Source of the DNA: an uncultured Armatimonadetes bacterium
GTDB taxonomy: Bacteria; Armatimonadota; UBA5829; DTJY01
Assembly (NCBI GenBank): GCA_963717145.1
Contig: OY970325.1
Location: 4,576,001-4,640,000 of the forward strand
Direction: 5' to 3'
DNA length: 64,000 bases
Every line of letters begins with the position of its first letter. The first letter of the stretch is position 1. This document shows positions 1 to 11,754 of the stretch, piece after piece. Below the pieces are notes generated by a model. The model saw only the letters and a list, made by a program, of their open reading frames with translations, was not told where the DNA came from and did no database searches. The position numbers were made by a program, and so were the translations under genes.

Positions 1-121
1 GAATCCCACTGGCAATGGCACCGGCATCGCCCAGACCTTCGAGAATCCGGGGTGCTGCAAGTTGATGGTCGACTCGGAGTACATCGGCTTCCAACTCGGC
101 GTCTTCCAGCCGGTCAAGTAA
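1..121 (+). CDS. 3' end of a CDS entering from the left edge (…NPTGNGTGIAQTFENPGCCKLMVDSEYIGFQLGVFQPVK*), product unknown
   Basis: Open frame from position 2 to TAA at 119-121, host-like codon use, followed by a hairpin. Confidence 0.5.
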   Translation, partial: NPTGNGTGIAQTFENPGCCKLMVDSEYIGFQLGVFQPVK

Positions 122-155
122 CCGTAGTTCCGGCGTAAGGCCTGAACGCCACGAT

Positions 156-192
156 GACAAGGGCGGACCGCTCTTGCGGTCCGACCCTTGTC
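156..192. terminator. Hairpin, possible terminator
   Basis: gacaagggcggaccgc-tctt-gcggtccgacccttgtc inverted repeat about 35 nt after the stop; no clear U-tract. Confidence 0.45.
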
Positions 193-214
193 GCTCGAGT
201 AATACCCCTCCACC

Positions 215-289
215 GCGCCGCTCTCCAGACGACTCCGTCGTCGTCCGGAGCCGGCCACCGACGACGACGGAGTCGTCTGGAGATCGGCG
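215..289. repeat. Long palindrome, GACGACTCC family
   Basis: tctccagacgactccgtcgtcgtc … gacgacgacggagtcgtctggaga; related element at 22361-22408. Confidence 0.85.
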
Positions 290-813
290 CTTTCTGCTCG
301 AAATAGCCGCGTTCCTGCGCGGTACGTTGCTCAGATGACATCCACTATCCTTGATCGTGAACTCCTTCTTATCTCCCTCTGCCTCGCCTACGGTGGTTGA
401 TTGCACAGTAGTACTGCAACCGCTTATGGACCAAGACGGCCAGTGGTTTGACACAAGCCACCGAATGACAAGGACTGCGACCGGCAGGGTAGCCTGCCAT
501 AGCTATAGAACCATACATTGAGACTATGTTTAGGCATCTCGGTGCATTGGGTACTCAGGGTGAGGTGAGTGGAGCAGACGCGCGCGCAGAACGCTCGGAG
601 TGCGTCGGCTTCCCACTCGGCATCCTGCAGCCAGGGCCGAGCGGGCATGATTTCGGCAGGGAGGCCCTCGACGGTCAGGATGACACGGGCGGGCCGCGAA
701 AGCGGTCCGCCCCTATCTATGTGGAGTTCGGGCGAAGTCTGACGGAGACTCCGCCTTGCCGTCGTCGAATGCATCTTACATTCCCTGCCTCACTGGAAGG
801 CAGTCAGGTATAC

Positions 814-1203
814 TCAGCGCGTCAGCCACTCCCGGAGTTCGATCGTGAGCCCGTCGGGGTCGCGGATCTCGGCGCGCTTGAAGTTGCCCATTGTGAGCGG
901 ACCCCATACTACCTCGATCCCCTTGCCGTTCAGATACGCGACTGCCTCGTCCATGCTGTCGATCTCGATGGCGATCGCCTTGTAGCCGACGGTCCACGGG
1001 TCCTCAGGCATCGGGCCGGGGCCGTCGACGTGTATCAGCTCGATGGTTGTGTCGCCGAGGTGGACGTAGGCGATCTCCTTCAGCCTGGGCGCATCCACCG
1101 TCACACGCTCGCCCATCTTGAAGCCGAGCACATCGATGTAGAACCGCATCGTTCGCTCGAAGTCGCTCGGCACGATCTCGAAGTGGTCGATTCTCTTGAA
1201 CAT
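814..1203 (-). CDS. VOC family (glyoxalase/bleomycin-resistance) protein
   Basis: IDHFEIV…RFYIDVLG…IELI…DPDGLTIEL motifs; AAGGAGG SD. Confidence 0.9.
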   Translation of the reverse strand: MFKRIDHFEIVPSDFERTMRFYIDVLGFKMGERVTVDAPRLKEIAYVHLGDTTIELIHVDGPGPMPEDPWTVGYKAIAIEIDSMDEAVAYLNGKGIEVVWGPLTMGNFKRAEIRDPDGLTIELREWLTR

Positions 1204-1227
1204 TTGTGCCCTCCTTATCCCTGTTCG

Positions 1228-1267
1228 ATGCTTCGGTAGCGGCGCCGGGCCTCTGCTACCGAAGCAT
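1228..1267. repeat. REP-like palindrome (copy 1 of 2)
   Basis: atgcttcggtagc…gctaccgaagcat; 37/39 identical to the copy within 55699-55748. Confidence 0.85.
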
Positions 1268-1281
1268 TGTAACTATCGTGA

Positions 1282-1360
1282 CGGGGATGGATGCTGAATC
1301 AAGTTCAGCATGACGGTAGACGAGCGAGTCATGCTGAACTTGATTCAGCATCCATCCCCG
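1282..1360. repeat. GTCATGCTGAAC-type palindromic repeat pair
   Basis: cggggatggatgctgaatcaagttcagcatgac … gtcatgctgaacttgattcagcatccatccccg perfect inverted repeat; followed by CTGACTT heptamers at 1364-1392. Confidence 0.9.
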
Positions 1361-1438
1361 ATCCTGACTTCTGACTTCTGACCCCTGACTCCTTCATTCC
1401 GCCTTGACTCCGCGCACGGGCCAACCTATACTTGCTCC

Positions 1439-2116
1439 ATGAGTGGACGACTCGACTGCATCGACCTCGGGCGGATCGGCTACGGGGCGGCGTTGGATCT
1501 TCAGAAGAAGCTCCTCGATCGCCGGCTCGCCGGGCTTATCCCCGACACGCTTCTCCTCCTGGAGCACGACCCCGTGATCACCATCGGCACGGCGGGCGGC
1601 GAGGAGAACGTGCTGGTCGATGAGGAGCGCCTCCGACAGGCGGGGATCGAGCTTCACCGGACCGACCGTGGCGGCAACATCACCTACCACGGGCCGGGAC
1701 AGCTCGTCGGCTACCCGATCTTCGACCTCCGCGAGCACGGCAAGGACGTCCATCTATTCCTGCGACAACTTGAACAGAGTGTGATCGGCATCCTCGGCCA
1801 CTACGGCATCCGGGGCGAGGCGGTCCCGAAGCTCACCGGCGTCTGGGTCGGCGGCGACAAGATCTGCTCGATCGGGGTCGCGGTCCGGAAGTGGATTTCA
1901 TATCACGGGTTCGCCCTCAACGTGAGCCCCGACTTTCGGCACTGGTCGTTCATCCATCCCTGCGGGCTCGTGGGGAAGGAAGTCACGTCGATCGAGCGGA
2001 TTCTCGGCGCTCCGGTCGATATGGCTCAGGTCAAGTCCCTCGCGGCGGAGAAGGTCGCGGAGGTGTTCGGGCTTACGCCGGAGTGGAGGCAAAAGTTCAG
2101 TGCCAGGATCCGCTAG
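1439..2116 (+). CDS. lipB: Lipoyl(octanoyl) transferase
   Basis: LLLEHDPVIT, RGGNITYHGPGQLVGYP, KICSIG, HGFALN, PCG motifs. Confidence 0.96.
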   Translation: MSGRLDCIDLGRIGYGAALDLQKKLLDRRLAGLIPDTLLLLEHDPVITIGTAGGEENVLVDEERLRQAGIELHRTDRGGNITYHGPGQLVGYPIFDLREHGKDVHLFLRQLEQSVIGILGHYGIRGEAVPKLTGVWVGGDKICSIGVAVRKWISYHGFALNVSPDFRHWSFIHPCGLVGKEVTSIERILGAPVDMAQVKSLAAEKVAEVFGLTPEWRQKFSARIR

Positions 2117-2117
2117 T

Positions 2118-2231
2118 CCTGAGTATGCCGGTGAATGACGGCATGTAACGAAGGACGGTCACACATGCCCAGGGGTTGGTGCTTCCCAGGCCGCCCTTCG
2201 TTACATGCCGTCATTCACCGGCATACTCAGG
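2118..2231. repeat. Long hairpin element, CCTGAG…CGAAGGAC family (divergent copy)
   Basis: cctgagtatgccggtgaatgacggcatgtaacgaagg arm and its reverse complement; homologous to the copies at 32111 and 37915. Confidence 0.9.
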
Positions 2232-2269
2232 GTCTACGGTAGTAGGATGCGTTGCTCACTGGAGGTTTG

Positions 2270-3124
2270 GTGAACAGACGAATACCCGAATGGCTGACAG
2301 TCAAGGCGCCCAGGCGCGGGATGTACGAGGAGATGGCAGGCTTCCTGGAGTCGATGGGTCTCCATACCGTCTGCCAGAGCGCCTCGTGCCCGAACATCGG
2401 CGAGTGCTTCGGGCGGCACACCGCGACGTTCATGATCCTCGGCAACGAGTGTACTCGGAGCTGCGGGTTCTGCGGCGTCCGGCACGATCAACCGCTTCCG
2501 GTCGATCCCGACGAGCCGCGCCGGGTCGCGGAGGCGTCGATGAAGCTCGGGCTGAGGTACGTCGTCGTCACGTCGGTCACGCGGGACGACCTGCCCGACG
2601 GCGGTGCGTCCCAGTTTGCCGAGACGATCCGCTGCTTGAAGGCGGCGATCCCCGAGGCGAGAGTCGAGGTGCTGATCCCCGACTTCCAGGGCGATCGGGA
2701 TGCCCTCGAGACGGTGCTGGTGGCCGAGCCGTTCGTGCTCAACCATAACGTCGAGACGGTGCCCCGCCTTTACTCAGTGGTGCGACCTCAGGCGGATTAT
2801 CGCAGATCACTGGCAGTGCTTGAAACCTCGAAACGCTTCCCGGCGTCTATATATGTAAAGTCGGGCTTGATGGTCGGGCTCGGCGAGCGGGAGGAAGAGG
2901 TAGTCGAGGTTCTAAGCGATCTACGCAGTAAGGGATGCGACATCGTCACCATCGGCCAGTATCTTCAGCCCTCCAGAAAGAATCTCCCGGTAGTCGAGTA
3001 CATCCCGCCGTCTCAGTTCGAGGAATACGAACGGATCGGCCGCGACATGGGGTTCAAGCATGTCGCGTCAGGTCCCTTCGTTCGCAGTTCCTACCACGCG
3101 GCGGAGATCAGCGGGATCGAGTGA
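2270..3124 (+). CDS. lipA: Lipoyl synthase
   Basis: [12 protein letters not shown] and CTRSCGFC clusters, RSSY C-terminal motif; GTG start after GGAGG. Confidence 0.96.
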   Translation: MNRRIPEWLTVKAPRRGMYEEMAGFLESMGLHTVCQSASCPNIGECFGRHTATFMILGNECTRSCGFCGVRHDQPLPVDPDEPRRVAEASMKLGLRYVVVTSVTRDDLPDGGASQFAETIRCLKAAIPEARVEVLIPDFQGDRDALETVLVAEPFVLNHNVETVPRLYSVVRPQADYRRSLAVLETSKRFPASIYVKSGLMVGLGEREEEVVEVLSDLRSKGCDIVTIGQYLQPSRKNLPVVEYIPPSQFEEYERIGRDMGFKHVASGPFVRSSYHAAEISGIE

Positions 3125-3134
3125 ACCCACGCCC

Positions 3135-3210
3135 GTAGTGGCCGTGCCTCAGTGCCGGCCATCCGGGTTTCAGACGGAACGGATGGCCGGCACTGAGGCA
3201 CGGCCACTAC
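3135..3210. repeat. GTAG-type REP doublet (GTAGTGGCCGTGCCTC family)
   Basis: gtagtggccgtgcctcagtgccggccatccg … cggatggccggcactgaggcacggccactac; siblings at 46398 and 47079. Confidence 0.9.
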
Positions 3211-3220
3211 AGAAGTTCCC

Positions 3221-6200
3221 ATGCGCAGACCCAAGAGTCCAGCGGTTATCATAGGTTTGTTGTCCATGCTCGTCGTGGCTGCCATCGCGGCGGTCCACGT
3301 CCTTTCCAACGTCCGGTCCGCATGGGGCATGCTCTCACAGACGCTCTCGACCGCGATCTCGGAGCAGGTGAAGGGCAAGCTCACGCTCGGCAGTGTCGAT
3401 GTCTATGTCGGCGGCGCAGTGTTCCGAGACGTGTCGCTCGCCGGCGAGGACGGCTCGAAGCCGATCGTGGCGGCGGAGGCCGTGAGGGTTCGTTTCGGAC
3501 TCGCCGATCTGATTGCCAACCGCAAGGATCCCGTGCGCGCGATCGATTCGGTGGAGATCATCCGCCCGAGAGTCGCCCTCGAACGAGGCGTCGATGGGCG
3601 GTGGAACGTCGCCGACCTCTTGAAGCCATCAGCCCAGCGCCCGCGGAAGGAGTTCAGGGGGCGCGTCGTCATCACCTCGGGCACTGTGAGTGTGCTCGAC
3701 CGAATGATCGCGGGCAACCCCGAGAAGAACGCCCTGCGGAACGTCGGCGGGGTCATCGACTTTGCCGATCCGAATGCCGATTTCCGGCTGACCGCCGACG
3801 GAACCGCCGGGCGAATGGGCAGAATCTCCGTCAGAGGACGGTATGACCTCGAGAGCGAATCGTTCGACGCCGATCTCGAGGGCCTGAGCGCCGATATCTC
3901 CTACTGGACGAAGTACCCCTTCCACATGAAGTTCATGGACGTGTCCTCCGGCGGTTTCGATGCCCGTGCGCACCTGTCGAGCGGCAACGGCAAGCCGTTC
4001 CGCTGTTCCGCCGAGTTTCAGGTGACTGATGCGTCTGTGAAGCTCAAGATGATGCGGTCGCCCGCCAGGCACGTGCGCGGACTGGTCAAGCTGGCGAATG
4101 ATGAGGTCGGCCTCTCACTTCGGGCGAGCCTCGGTTCTTCACCATTCCTCATCTCCGGCAAGGTGCTCGGTCTGAAGGGATCGAAGCTCGCGCTCGATCT
4201 TCAGTCCGACCGAGCCAACTTTCGGGAGATCAGCCGGCTGGTCTCCATCTCAGTTCCAAAGGGCATGACACTTCCTACCACGGGCAACGCTCTCGTCTCC
4301 CTGAGCGGGCCGTCAAAGAAGCCGAACGCCCTCTTCAAGCTGGCTGGTCCGACGTTCATCTACAAGACTTTCACCGCCGCCGGAGTTCGCGCCGAAGGAA
4401 GCTATTCGCCTCAGCACGTGGAAATCCGCCGGGCAACCGGGAGCGCGTACGGCGGCTCGGTCGAGGCGCGCGGCGAGTTCGGCTGGGGGCCGCGGAGAGG
4501 CATCTCGCTCCACGGGAGCGCATCCGGCGTTCGTCTGTCCCAGGTGCAGTCGCTCAAGGGCCGCGGAATCGATGCGATCACGTCCGGCCGGTTCGGCCTC
4601 GAATGGGGCGCATCGAGCGGCCTGGGGACGTACCGAGGCTCGATGACCGATGGCGTAGTCCACGGCCAGAAACTCGGGCGGGGAGCGATCGCGGTTTCGT
4701 ACGACGGCGCCAACGTGCATCTGGATGAGGTCAGCGCCGAGATGTTCGGCGGCAAGGTGGCGGCTTCCGGTGATGTCCTGCCGAACGGCGATCTTGACCT
4801 CGAGGTATCTGGCGCGGGGATCAACCTCGGCGAGGTGCAGGATATCTACTGGAGCCGGCCCACGGTCGGCATGCTGCAGTTCGATGGACGGCTGCTGGGA
4901 ACGCCCGAGTCGCCCACGTTCAGCGGGCAGGTCGAAGCCTACCATGTCATGTCACAGGGCATATCGGCGGAGCGCATCTCAGGCGACCTGGAGGTCACGC
5001 GCAGATACATTCGGCTGCATGCCCTCGAGATCAGTGACCCCGCGGGCCGGATCATCGCTTCGGGTGAGGTTCTGAGGCCGTTCTCATCGTCCCCCCGTCT
5101 CGATCTGGCGCTCGGCATCGAGGATCTCGACATCGAGCGGTGGGCGGTATCCGCCGGGCTGCCGTTCGTGATCACAGGCAGCCTCTCCGCGGACGTGAAA
5201 GTCAGCAGGACGCTTCCCAATCCCTACATTCAGGGCACCGCGCGCATCGATCACGGTCGGATCGCCGACATACCGCTCGATTCCGTCGGGTCGCAGGTGA
5301 CGTATCAGAACGACCGCCTCACCGTCGCTGATCTGGAGGCCCGCAGCGGGAACGGTATCCTTACGGCTGACGGCAGTTTCGGGTTCGAAGACCGGGCGGT
5401 TCGCCTCGACTTCGATGCCCGCGATCTGCCCATGGACAAGCTGGCCGGCCACTTGCGAGAGTACGTTCTGCTCTCTGGTGGACTGAATGCGCATGGGGAA
5501 CTGACCGGCTCATTCGAGAACGCCGTGCTCAAGGCGAATCTGGACTCCGTCGGCACGAAGATCAACGGCCAGGGGTTCGATGCGTTCCAGGCCGACCTGT
5601 CATGGGTCGATGACAAGCTCCAGGTCGGCAAGGCATCGCTCGAAAGTGGCGCGGCTTCATACTCCGTGTCCGGCTCCTATTCGCAGGCCGATGATAAGGT
5701 GGACTTGATCGCTGAGGTCAGGAATGGGGCGATCGAGAAGCTCATCGGGCTGGTCGCGAGAGGCCCTCAGAGCAGGGCAACCGCGTCGCTCAGGGGACAT
5801 CTATCATCTCTTCCGCAGCCGTGCCGGGGCGTTCTGGACCTGACGGTGACCGGCGGCATAGACCTTTCGGGTCCGCGGCCGGCTCCACACCTTCAGGTCG
5901 AGGGCAAGGTATCCGACGCCGATGTCGGCCTCAGCGGCATCAAGACGGTGCTGCTGGCAGGCGCATGGGAGGACGATACCATCAACGTGGACAAGTTCGA
6001 GGCGCTGGACGGCGATACGCGTCTCACCGCCGGCGGTGTCTACGGACCTGATGGCAGGCTCGACCTTCATGCCGACGCGCGCAGTCTCGATCTGGGGTCG
6101 GTGGCCACCTGGCTCAAACTCGACCAAAACATTTCGGGCGCCGCCGACGTAACCATTACTGCAAAGGGGACTGCCGAGTCACCCTACGTGCAACTGAACC

Positions 6201-7727
6201 TTGACATTCAGGAACCCTGCGATCGAGAGCACGAAGTTCGACAGCCTGCATGCAGGTCTCTCGGCGCGGCGGCTGAGTGAAGCCGGTTCGCCGCAGAACA
6301 GGATCAACATCGACGCTCTGACGATCGTGCTCGGCAGCAGTCAGTTGGACGCGTCCGGATACCTTCCGGTAGACTGGACTGCTCACTCCATCCCGCGTGA
6401 CAGGGAGATCCTTGTCGAGGCGGCATTGAACGATGAGAGCCTGAAGCTGCTCTCCGCTTTCGCGGGATCTGCCATCCAGGGCGAGGCCGGAGGAAGTCTC
6501 AGCGGCAAGGTCAGCTACGGCGGCACGATCGATCAACCCAGTCTCCAGGGGGGACTGCAATGGCGCGATGGAAGCGTCCGATTGGCCGGGCTGAACAAGC
6601 CGTTCGAGCAGATCGACGCGGATGTGTCGCTCAGCGGACATACGATGTCGGTCGATTCGCTCGCAGGCCGGTCGGAGGAAGGTGGCAGCTTCCGGATCGC
6701 CGGCCCCGTGGACCTGACGGGACTCAAGCCGATCCTCGATCTCAGTCTGACGACCTCGGAACTGAGGGTCTCCGGCAGAGACATCAGCGGCAAGTACGGT
6801 GAGAGCGTCGACGCGGTGTTCGACTCGGACCTGAAGCTTACCGGCGAGTGGCGCAAGCCCCGCATCGCGGGAACGGTCTCGGTCCCGAGGGGCTCGATCG
6901 GCATCGGCTCGAACGGAAACGCGCGGAAGAGCGCGGTACGGGTTTTCGATCCCGGGTTCGATCTGCGAGTGACGCTTGGGCGTGATGTCGTGCTGAGGAC
7001 GGCTCAGCTTCAGACCGCGCTCCCGGGATCCTTGTCCGTGGGCGGCTCGCTCGGCGAGCCGATCGTCGATGGCCTGATCGATCTGGCCGACGGCACGATC
7101 GCGTTCCCGATGCGGACGTTCAAGATCCTGCCGGGGAGCGACATGCAGATCAGGACGTCACCCGGACAGCCGGCGCTTGTTCTGGTGGACGTACAGGCGC
7201 GCGGAAGCGTTGTGGACGTCCCGCCGCTCGGTAAGCGCACGAGGTACGTCGTCACGATGCAGGCAACCGGTCCGCTCGATAAGCTGCGTCCGACGTTCAC
7301 ATCGTCTCCGGTTGGTCTGGCGGAGCAGCGGATCGTGGCTCTGGTCACGGGTCAGTACCATTTCGAGAAGATACTGAGTGGGAACTCCGGTCAGGATGTG
7401 GGCAAGGAGTTGTCGGGACTCTTCTCCTCGGCGGTCATGCCCGTCATGTTCGGGCCGATCGAACAGGCTTTCCGAGAGGCTCTCGGATTCGACGAATTCG
7501 CGCTCGAGATGGGCTACCAGCAGCCGATGGAGCTGAGCATAGGCAATCAGTTGGGGCACGATACATATTTGAGCTACTCGGCGGTTCTCGGAGCAAGGCC
7601 GGACTATGCGGACAGCAGCTATCAGTTGAAGCTCTCGTACCGCATACGAAACAATCTCGAGATCGGCGTGCAGACGGATGAGAACAGGACGATGCAGATC
7701 AGCGCCGAGGGCAAGATCCGATTCTAG
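3221..7727 (+). CDS. tamB: TamB/AsmA-like translocation and assembly protein, frameshifted near 6210
   Basis: N-terminal TM anchor, repetitive beta-rich body, TamB-like C-terminus; ORFs 3221-6280 and 6201-7727 join by removing one base; two genes upstream of bamA. Confidence 0.8.
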
Positions 7728-7741
7728 CCACGAGAGGATAG

Positions 7742-8461
7742 TTGCGCCGGCATGGGAAATCATATACTATGTGTCCGGAAGCAAGTCAACACGGATGTCA
7801 CGCGCTCTCCGCGTCGGAGGTATCTGCAGATTCGCTCAGGCTTCTCGCCATCCTCCGACGCAGAGAACGTGCGGACGGTGACGACGGGTCCGGCGTTGGC
7901 GGTGATGCCTTGGATGGTGGGTTGCCGAGCTTCGAATCCATCTTGACGAGTCATCATAAGAAAGTCTACAACTTGCTCTTCAGGCTCGTCGGGAACGCTG
8001 AAGATGCGGCCGACCTGACCCAGGAGACATTCGTCCGTGCATATGGAGCATATCCCCGATTCAGGGGCGCTTCGTCAGCGGTGTATCCCTGGCTGTGCCG
8101 GATCGCCGTCAATGCCGGCAAGAACAAGTTCAAAGAGCTGAGTCGCCGCCATTCGCACGAGGCTTTTTCCCTGGACGGACCCATGAGCGACTCGGATTCC
8201 TGCCTGCACAGCGAGCCGGGGGACGACTCGGCCGATCCCATGGGGTTGGTGCAGAGGCAGGAGTTGGACGGGAAGATCCAGGAGGCGGTACAGGCGCTCT
8301 CAGTCGAGTATCGGACGGTCATCGTTCTGCGGGACATGAACGGCCTGTCATACAAAGAGGTCGCCGAAGTGGCGGGTCTGTCGGTGGATATCGTGAAGAC
8401 CCGGCTGTTCAGAGCCAGAGGAATACTTCGACGCCGTCTTGCAGGGTATCTGGAGGACTAG
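7742..8461 (+). CDS. ECF sigma-70 factor (RpoE-like); true start uncertain and probably later
   Basis: DAADLTQETF, WLCRIAVN, GLSYKEVAE…VKTRLFRAR. Confidence 0.9.
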   Translation: MRRHGKSYTMCPEASQHGCHALSASEVSADSLRLLAILRRRERADGDDGSGVGGDALDGGLPSFESILTSHHKKVYNLLFRLVGNAEDAADLTQETFVRAYGAYPRFRGASSAVYPWLCRIAVNAGKNKFKELSRRHSHEAFSLDGPMSDSDSCLHSEPGDDSADPMGLVQRQELDGKIQEAVQALSVEYRTVIVLRDMNGLSYKEVAEVAGLSVDIVKTRLFRARGILRRRLAGYLED

Positions 8462-8556
8462 CGTGAGTAGTGGCCGGGACTCGGCGCCGGCCCGGACGGG
8501 AACGGAACGCGGGCGTTCCATGCCGAGATCAAACGGACAGGAAGGTAGGATTGCAT

Positions 8557-10344
8557 ATGCGCGTCACAAGACTAATGGCCAGGATGGTCACTCTGCTGCT
8601 GATCGTCAACATGCTGCTGCCGGGTATAGTATCGGCGCAGGACCAGGTGATCGGCGAAGTTGTCATAGCCGGAAACGAGAATATCTCCAAAGAAGCCATA
8701 ATGACCGTCGTGGCGCTCAAGCCCGGCACGAAATTCACCGAGGAAGCCGTGCAGCAGGCCAAGACGGCCATCGAGGGGATGGGCCTCTTCGAACGCGTTG
8801 TTGTCGGCACGGAGACCACCGACCAGGGCGTCAATGTCATGCTCAACGTCGTCGAGAACCCGCTTGTCAAGGAGATCAAGTTCACCGGCAACACCGTAGT
8901 TACCACGGAGGCGCTGCTCGGTGTGATGCGCACGAGCGTCGGTCAGGTCTTGAACACCAATACCCTCGAGCGCGACGCCGATGCTATTCGCACGCTGTAC
9001 AAGGAGCAGGGGTACATCGCCGACATCACAGAGGAGATCGGGATCGACCCGGATTCAGGGGTGTTGTCCATCCCGGTGCTGGAGAATGTAGTCGAATCCA
9101 TAGAGATAACCGGCAACAAGAAGACCAAGACCAGCGTCATTCTCCGGGAGATGGATCTCAAGCCCGGCGACGTGTACAACAGCAAAATCCTCGTCCGCGA
9201 CCTGACACGGATCTATGATCTGGACTTCTTCGAGGTCGATGTCGAGCAGTGGTACAGGCTCGAACCGGGATCGGACATCGGCAAGCTCAAGGTTGTCATC
9301 CCGCTCAAAGAGAAGAAGACCGGTCAGATCACCCTGGGCGTCGGTTACAGCTCGCAGCAGAGGATCGTCGGACAGGCAAAGATCTCGGAGACGAACTTCC
9401 GAGGGCGCGGTCAGGGAGTCAACGCCCTGATCGAAGTCGGGAGCGCAAGCCGTGGATCGAGTTACGAGCTTGGATACTACGAGCCGTGGCTCGACACGAA
9501 ACATACCTCGCTGTCTGCGAGCGTCTACAACAAGCTTATCTACAGGTTTACGTCGAATCCACTCACCTCGAGCGGTTCGGACAGCGACTACGATGAGCGC
9601 CGCCAGGGAGCCAGCCTTACACTGGCCAGACCACTCAACCGCGTCAACAAGGGCTTCCTGACGCTGCGGCACGAGTCGGTCGATACTCATAATGTCGTCA
9701 ACCCCATCCTTCTGCAGGATGGAACAGTCTCATCGGGTACTCTGCGGTTCACCAGCAACACCAGGGACTCGGAGCTGGATCCCGTACTCGGCACTTACAG
9801 CTCCTATGCCGTGGAGGTCGGCCAGTCCGACTTCACCAGCGAGGGGGCCAAGTCAGGGAACTCGATCTTCAGCAAGTACAGCCTCGATTTTCGCAAGTAC
9901 TTCAGCAAGGGAGGGTACCGCGAGGACCTGAATGAACGGCGGAAGACCATCGCCGTGCGGTTGATGGTGGGGAGTCTGACGGGCAACGTGCCGTTCTTCG
10001 AGCAGTACTTCCTCGGCGGCGCTGAGTCCCTCCGCGGCTACAGGGAGGATCGCTTCTGGGGCAAGAACATGGTGTTGCTGAACACGGAGTATCGGTTCCC
10101 GATAACGTCCGGTCTCACCGGCGTCGGATTCGCTGATGTCGGCGATGCGTGGGGCGCGATCCCCGACTACCTGAATGTCGGCGACGCGTTCGGCGAGAGT
10201 CTGCCTCAGCATTCCGGTTTCGATCCGAGCTTCGGCTACGGTGTCGGTATCAGAGTGCGCACGCCGATAGGTCCGATCCGTCTCGACTATGGGTTCGGCA
10301 GCGAGGGATCCCGGGCGCATTTCAGCCTCGGACATGCATTCTAA
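8557..10344 (+). CDS. bamA: Outer membrane protein assembly factor BamA (Omp85)
   Basis: Signal peptide, POTRA repeats, SLRGY motif, IRLDYG…HFSLGHAF C-terminus. Confidence 0.93.
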   Translation: MRVTRLMARMVTLLLIVNMLLPGIVSAQDQVIGEVVIAGNENISKEAIMTVVALKPGTKFTEEAVQQAKTAIEGMGLFERVVVGTETTDQGVNVMLNVVENPLVKEIKFTGNTVVTTEALLGVMRTSVGQVLNTNTLERDADAIRTLYKEQGYIADITEEIGIDPDSGVLSIPVLENVVESIEITGNKKTKTSVILREMDLKPGDVYNSKILVRDLTRIYDLDFFEVDVEQWYRLEPGSDIGKLKVVIPLKEKKTGQITLGVGYSSQQRIVGQAKISETNFRGRGQGVNALIEVGSASRGSSYELGYYEPWLDTKHTSLSASVYNKLIYRFTSNPLTSSGSDSDYDERRQGASLTLARPLNRVNKGFLTLRHESVDTHNVVNPILLQDGTVSSGTLRFTSNTRDSELDPVLGTYSSYAVEVGQSDFTSEGAKSGNSIFSKYSLDFRKYFSKGGYREDLNERRKTIAVRLMVGSLTGNVPFFEQYFLGGAESLRGYREDRFWGKNMVLLNTEYRFPITSGLTGVGFADVGDAWGAIPDYLNVGDAFGESLPQHSGFDPSFGYGVGIRVRTPIGPIRLDYGFGSEGSRAHFSLGHAF

Positions 10345-10359
10345 GGCAAGCCCGAGCGC

Positions 10360-10388
10360 TTGCCTGCCAGTGGACGATCTGCTATAAT
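10360..10388 (+). promoter_or_regulatory. Sigma-70 promoter for skp-lpx genes
   Basis: TTGCCT-N17-TATAAT. Confidence 0.65.
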
Positions 10389-10458
10389 CCAGCGATCAAG
10401 CCATCGCCACGAACAGTTTGGAAGAACTAGTTATTTCGCATTCGAAAGGAGTCATCAA

Positions 10459-11112
10459 ATGGGAAAAACCCGCACAACCGCGGCACTAGTGGCCGCGGTC
10501 GCCATCATTCTGAGCATTTTCATGGTCGCCCCTGCGCTCGCAGCAGACGCGCAGGTCTTCGCGACCGTTGACATCGAGAAAGCCTTCAACGACTACACGA
10601 AGAAGCAGGATCTCGACAAGCAGATCATGACCGATCTGCAAGGCCTGCAGTCGAAGCTCGAATTGCGCAAGACTCACGAAATGCTCAGCTCGGCCGAGTT
10701 CGAGGAACTCGCCACTCTCAAGGCCAAAGTCAAGCCGACCGACGCCGAGAAGAAGCGGACCGAGGAGTTGGAGGGCGCATCCACGGCGCGCGCTCAGGAG
10801 CTGCAGACTCTTCGGCAGAAGACAACTCCCACCGATGAAGAGAAGAACCGCATGGCGGCGCTTCAGTCCCAGGTCACGCAGACCGGTACCGAGCTGAAGG
10901 ATGCCGCGAAGCAGGCCGACACCGACTGGCAGAAGAAGAGGTACGACCTGAGCAAGCAGGTCATGGATGATGTCCAGACCCAGGTCGCCGCCGTTGCGAA
11001 GGCCAAAGGGATCACCATGGTCTTCAACAAATCGGTCGGCGAAACCGTCCTGGTTGTCTTCTCTGCAAACGACATCACGGACGAAGTCCTGAAGAAGCTC
11101 AACAAGAAGTAA
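10459..11112 (+). CDS. skp: OmpH/Skp family periplasmic chaperone
   Basis: Signal peptide, ATVDIEKAF start, coiled-coil body, DITDEVLKKLNK end; located between bamA and lpxD. Confidence 0.85.
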   Translation: MGKTRTTAALVAAVAIILSIFMVAPALAADAQVFATVDIEKAFNDYTKKQDLDKQIMTDLQGLQSKLELRKTHEMLSSAEFEELATLKAKVKPTDAEKKRTEELEGASTARAQELQTLRQKTTPTDEEKNRMAALQSQVTQTGTELKDAAKQADTDWQKKRYDLSKQVMDDVQTQVAAVAKAKGITMVFNKSVGETVLVVFSANDITDEVLKKLNKK

Positions 11113-11118
11113 AGAACT

Positions 11119-11754
11119 ATGCGACTTGCGCCGGCTCTCGGGACCTGCTGGCTGGCGACGGTGACTCTTCTCACAGGTTGCGGTATCTGGGACGCTCCCA
11201 AGGCTGCACAGGTACCGCCGCCGAAGTCACCGTCCGCCGTACACAGCGCAGGACGCGCAGTTTCGGCGTCCCACCGTTCGCACGACTGCCCAGTTAGCGT
11301 CCCACACCTCAAGGACTCAGACATCCATAGGAGCCGTGAGATCGGGGACGGCCAATCGACGATCCCGGGTGTGTCGGCCGACATCGAGAGAGAGATGGCC
11401 GACGCAAGAGCCGAGTGGGAAGCGCGCGGCCGGGAGATGAGGTCCGACCTCGCCGTGCTGCCCGCTTCGTCCGAGCTTGGTGCGCGCGCGGATTCCAAGG
11501 CCTCGGATCTTCTGGTCACGGATCGAATGCTCGCGATTGAGCGGAAGTACGCTCCCCGGTATCTCAACTGCCGGATCCGCATCCGGCTGCTCGAGTCGCG
11601 GCTGGCCGACGCGAGCGGTGCACCGAAAGATGTCCTGCTCCGGAAACTGGAGCTTGCCAAAACCGAGCTGGCAGCGGTCGACAAGGCATACGCCGCCGAG
11701 ATCGAGATCGCTCGACTGAAGACAGTGCCGATGATTGGGAAGGACGCGCAATGA
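11119..11754 (+). CDS. Hypothetical lipoprotein
   Basis: LLTGC lipobox; ATGA overlap with lpxD. Confidence 0.55.
   Translation: MRLAPALGTCWLATVTLLTGCGIWDAPKAAQVPPPKSPSAVHSAGRAVSASHRSHDCPVSVPHLKDSDIHRSREIGDGQSTIPGVSADIEREMADARAEWEARGREMRSDLAVLPASSELGARADSKASDLLVTDRMLAIERKYAPRYLNCRIRIRLLESRLADASGAPKDVLLRKLELAKTELAAVDKAYAAEIEIARLKTVPMIGKDAQ

Noticed and set aside
330-800. Lower-GC stretch with short ORFs (424-774, 526-1239)
   Set aside because: No recognisable motifs or SD; 526-1239 is largely antisense to the VOC gene
6190-6280. Programmed frameshifting in tamB, DUF374, the FAD oxidoreductase or DUF4258
   Set aside because: No slippery heptamers seen; single-base indels are better explained as sequencing errors
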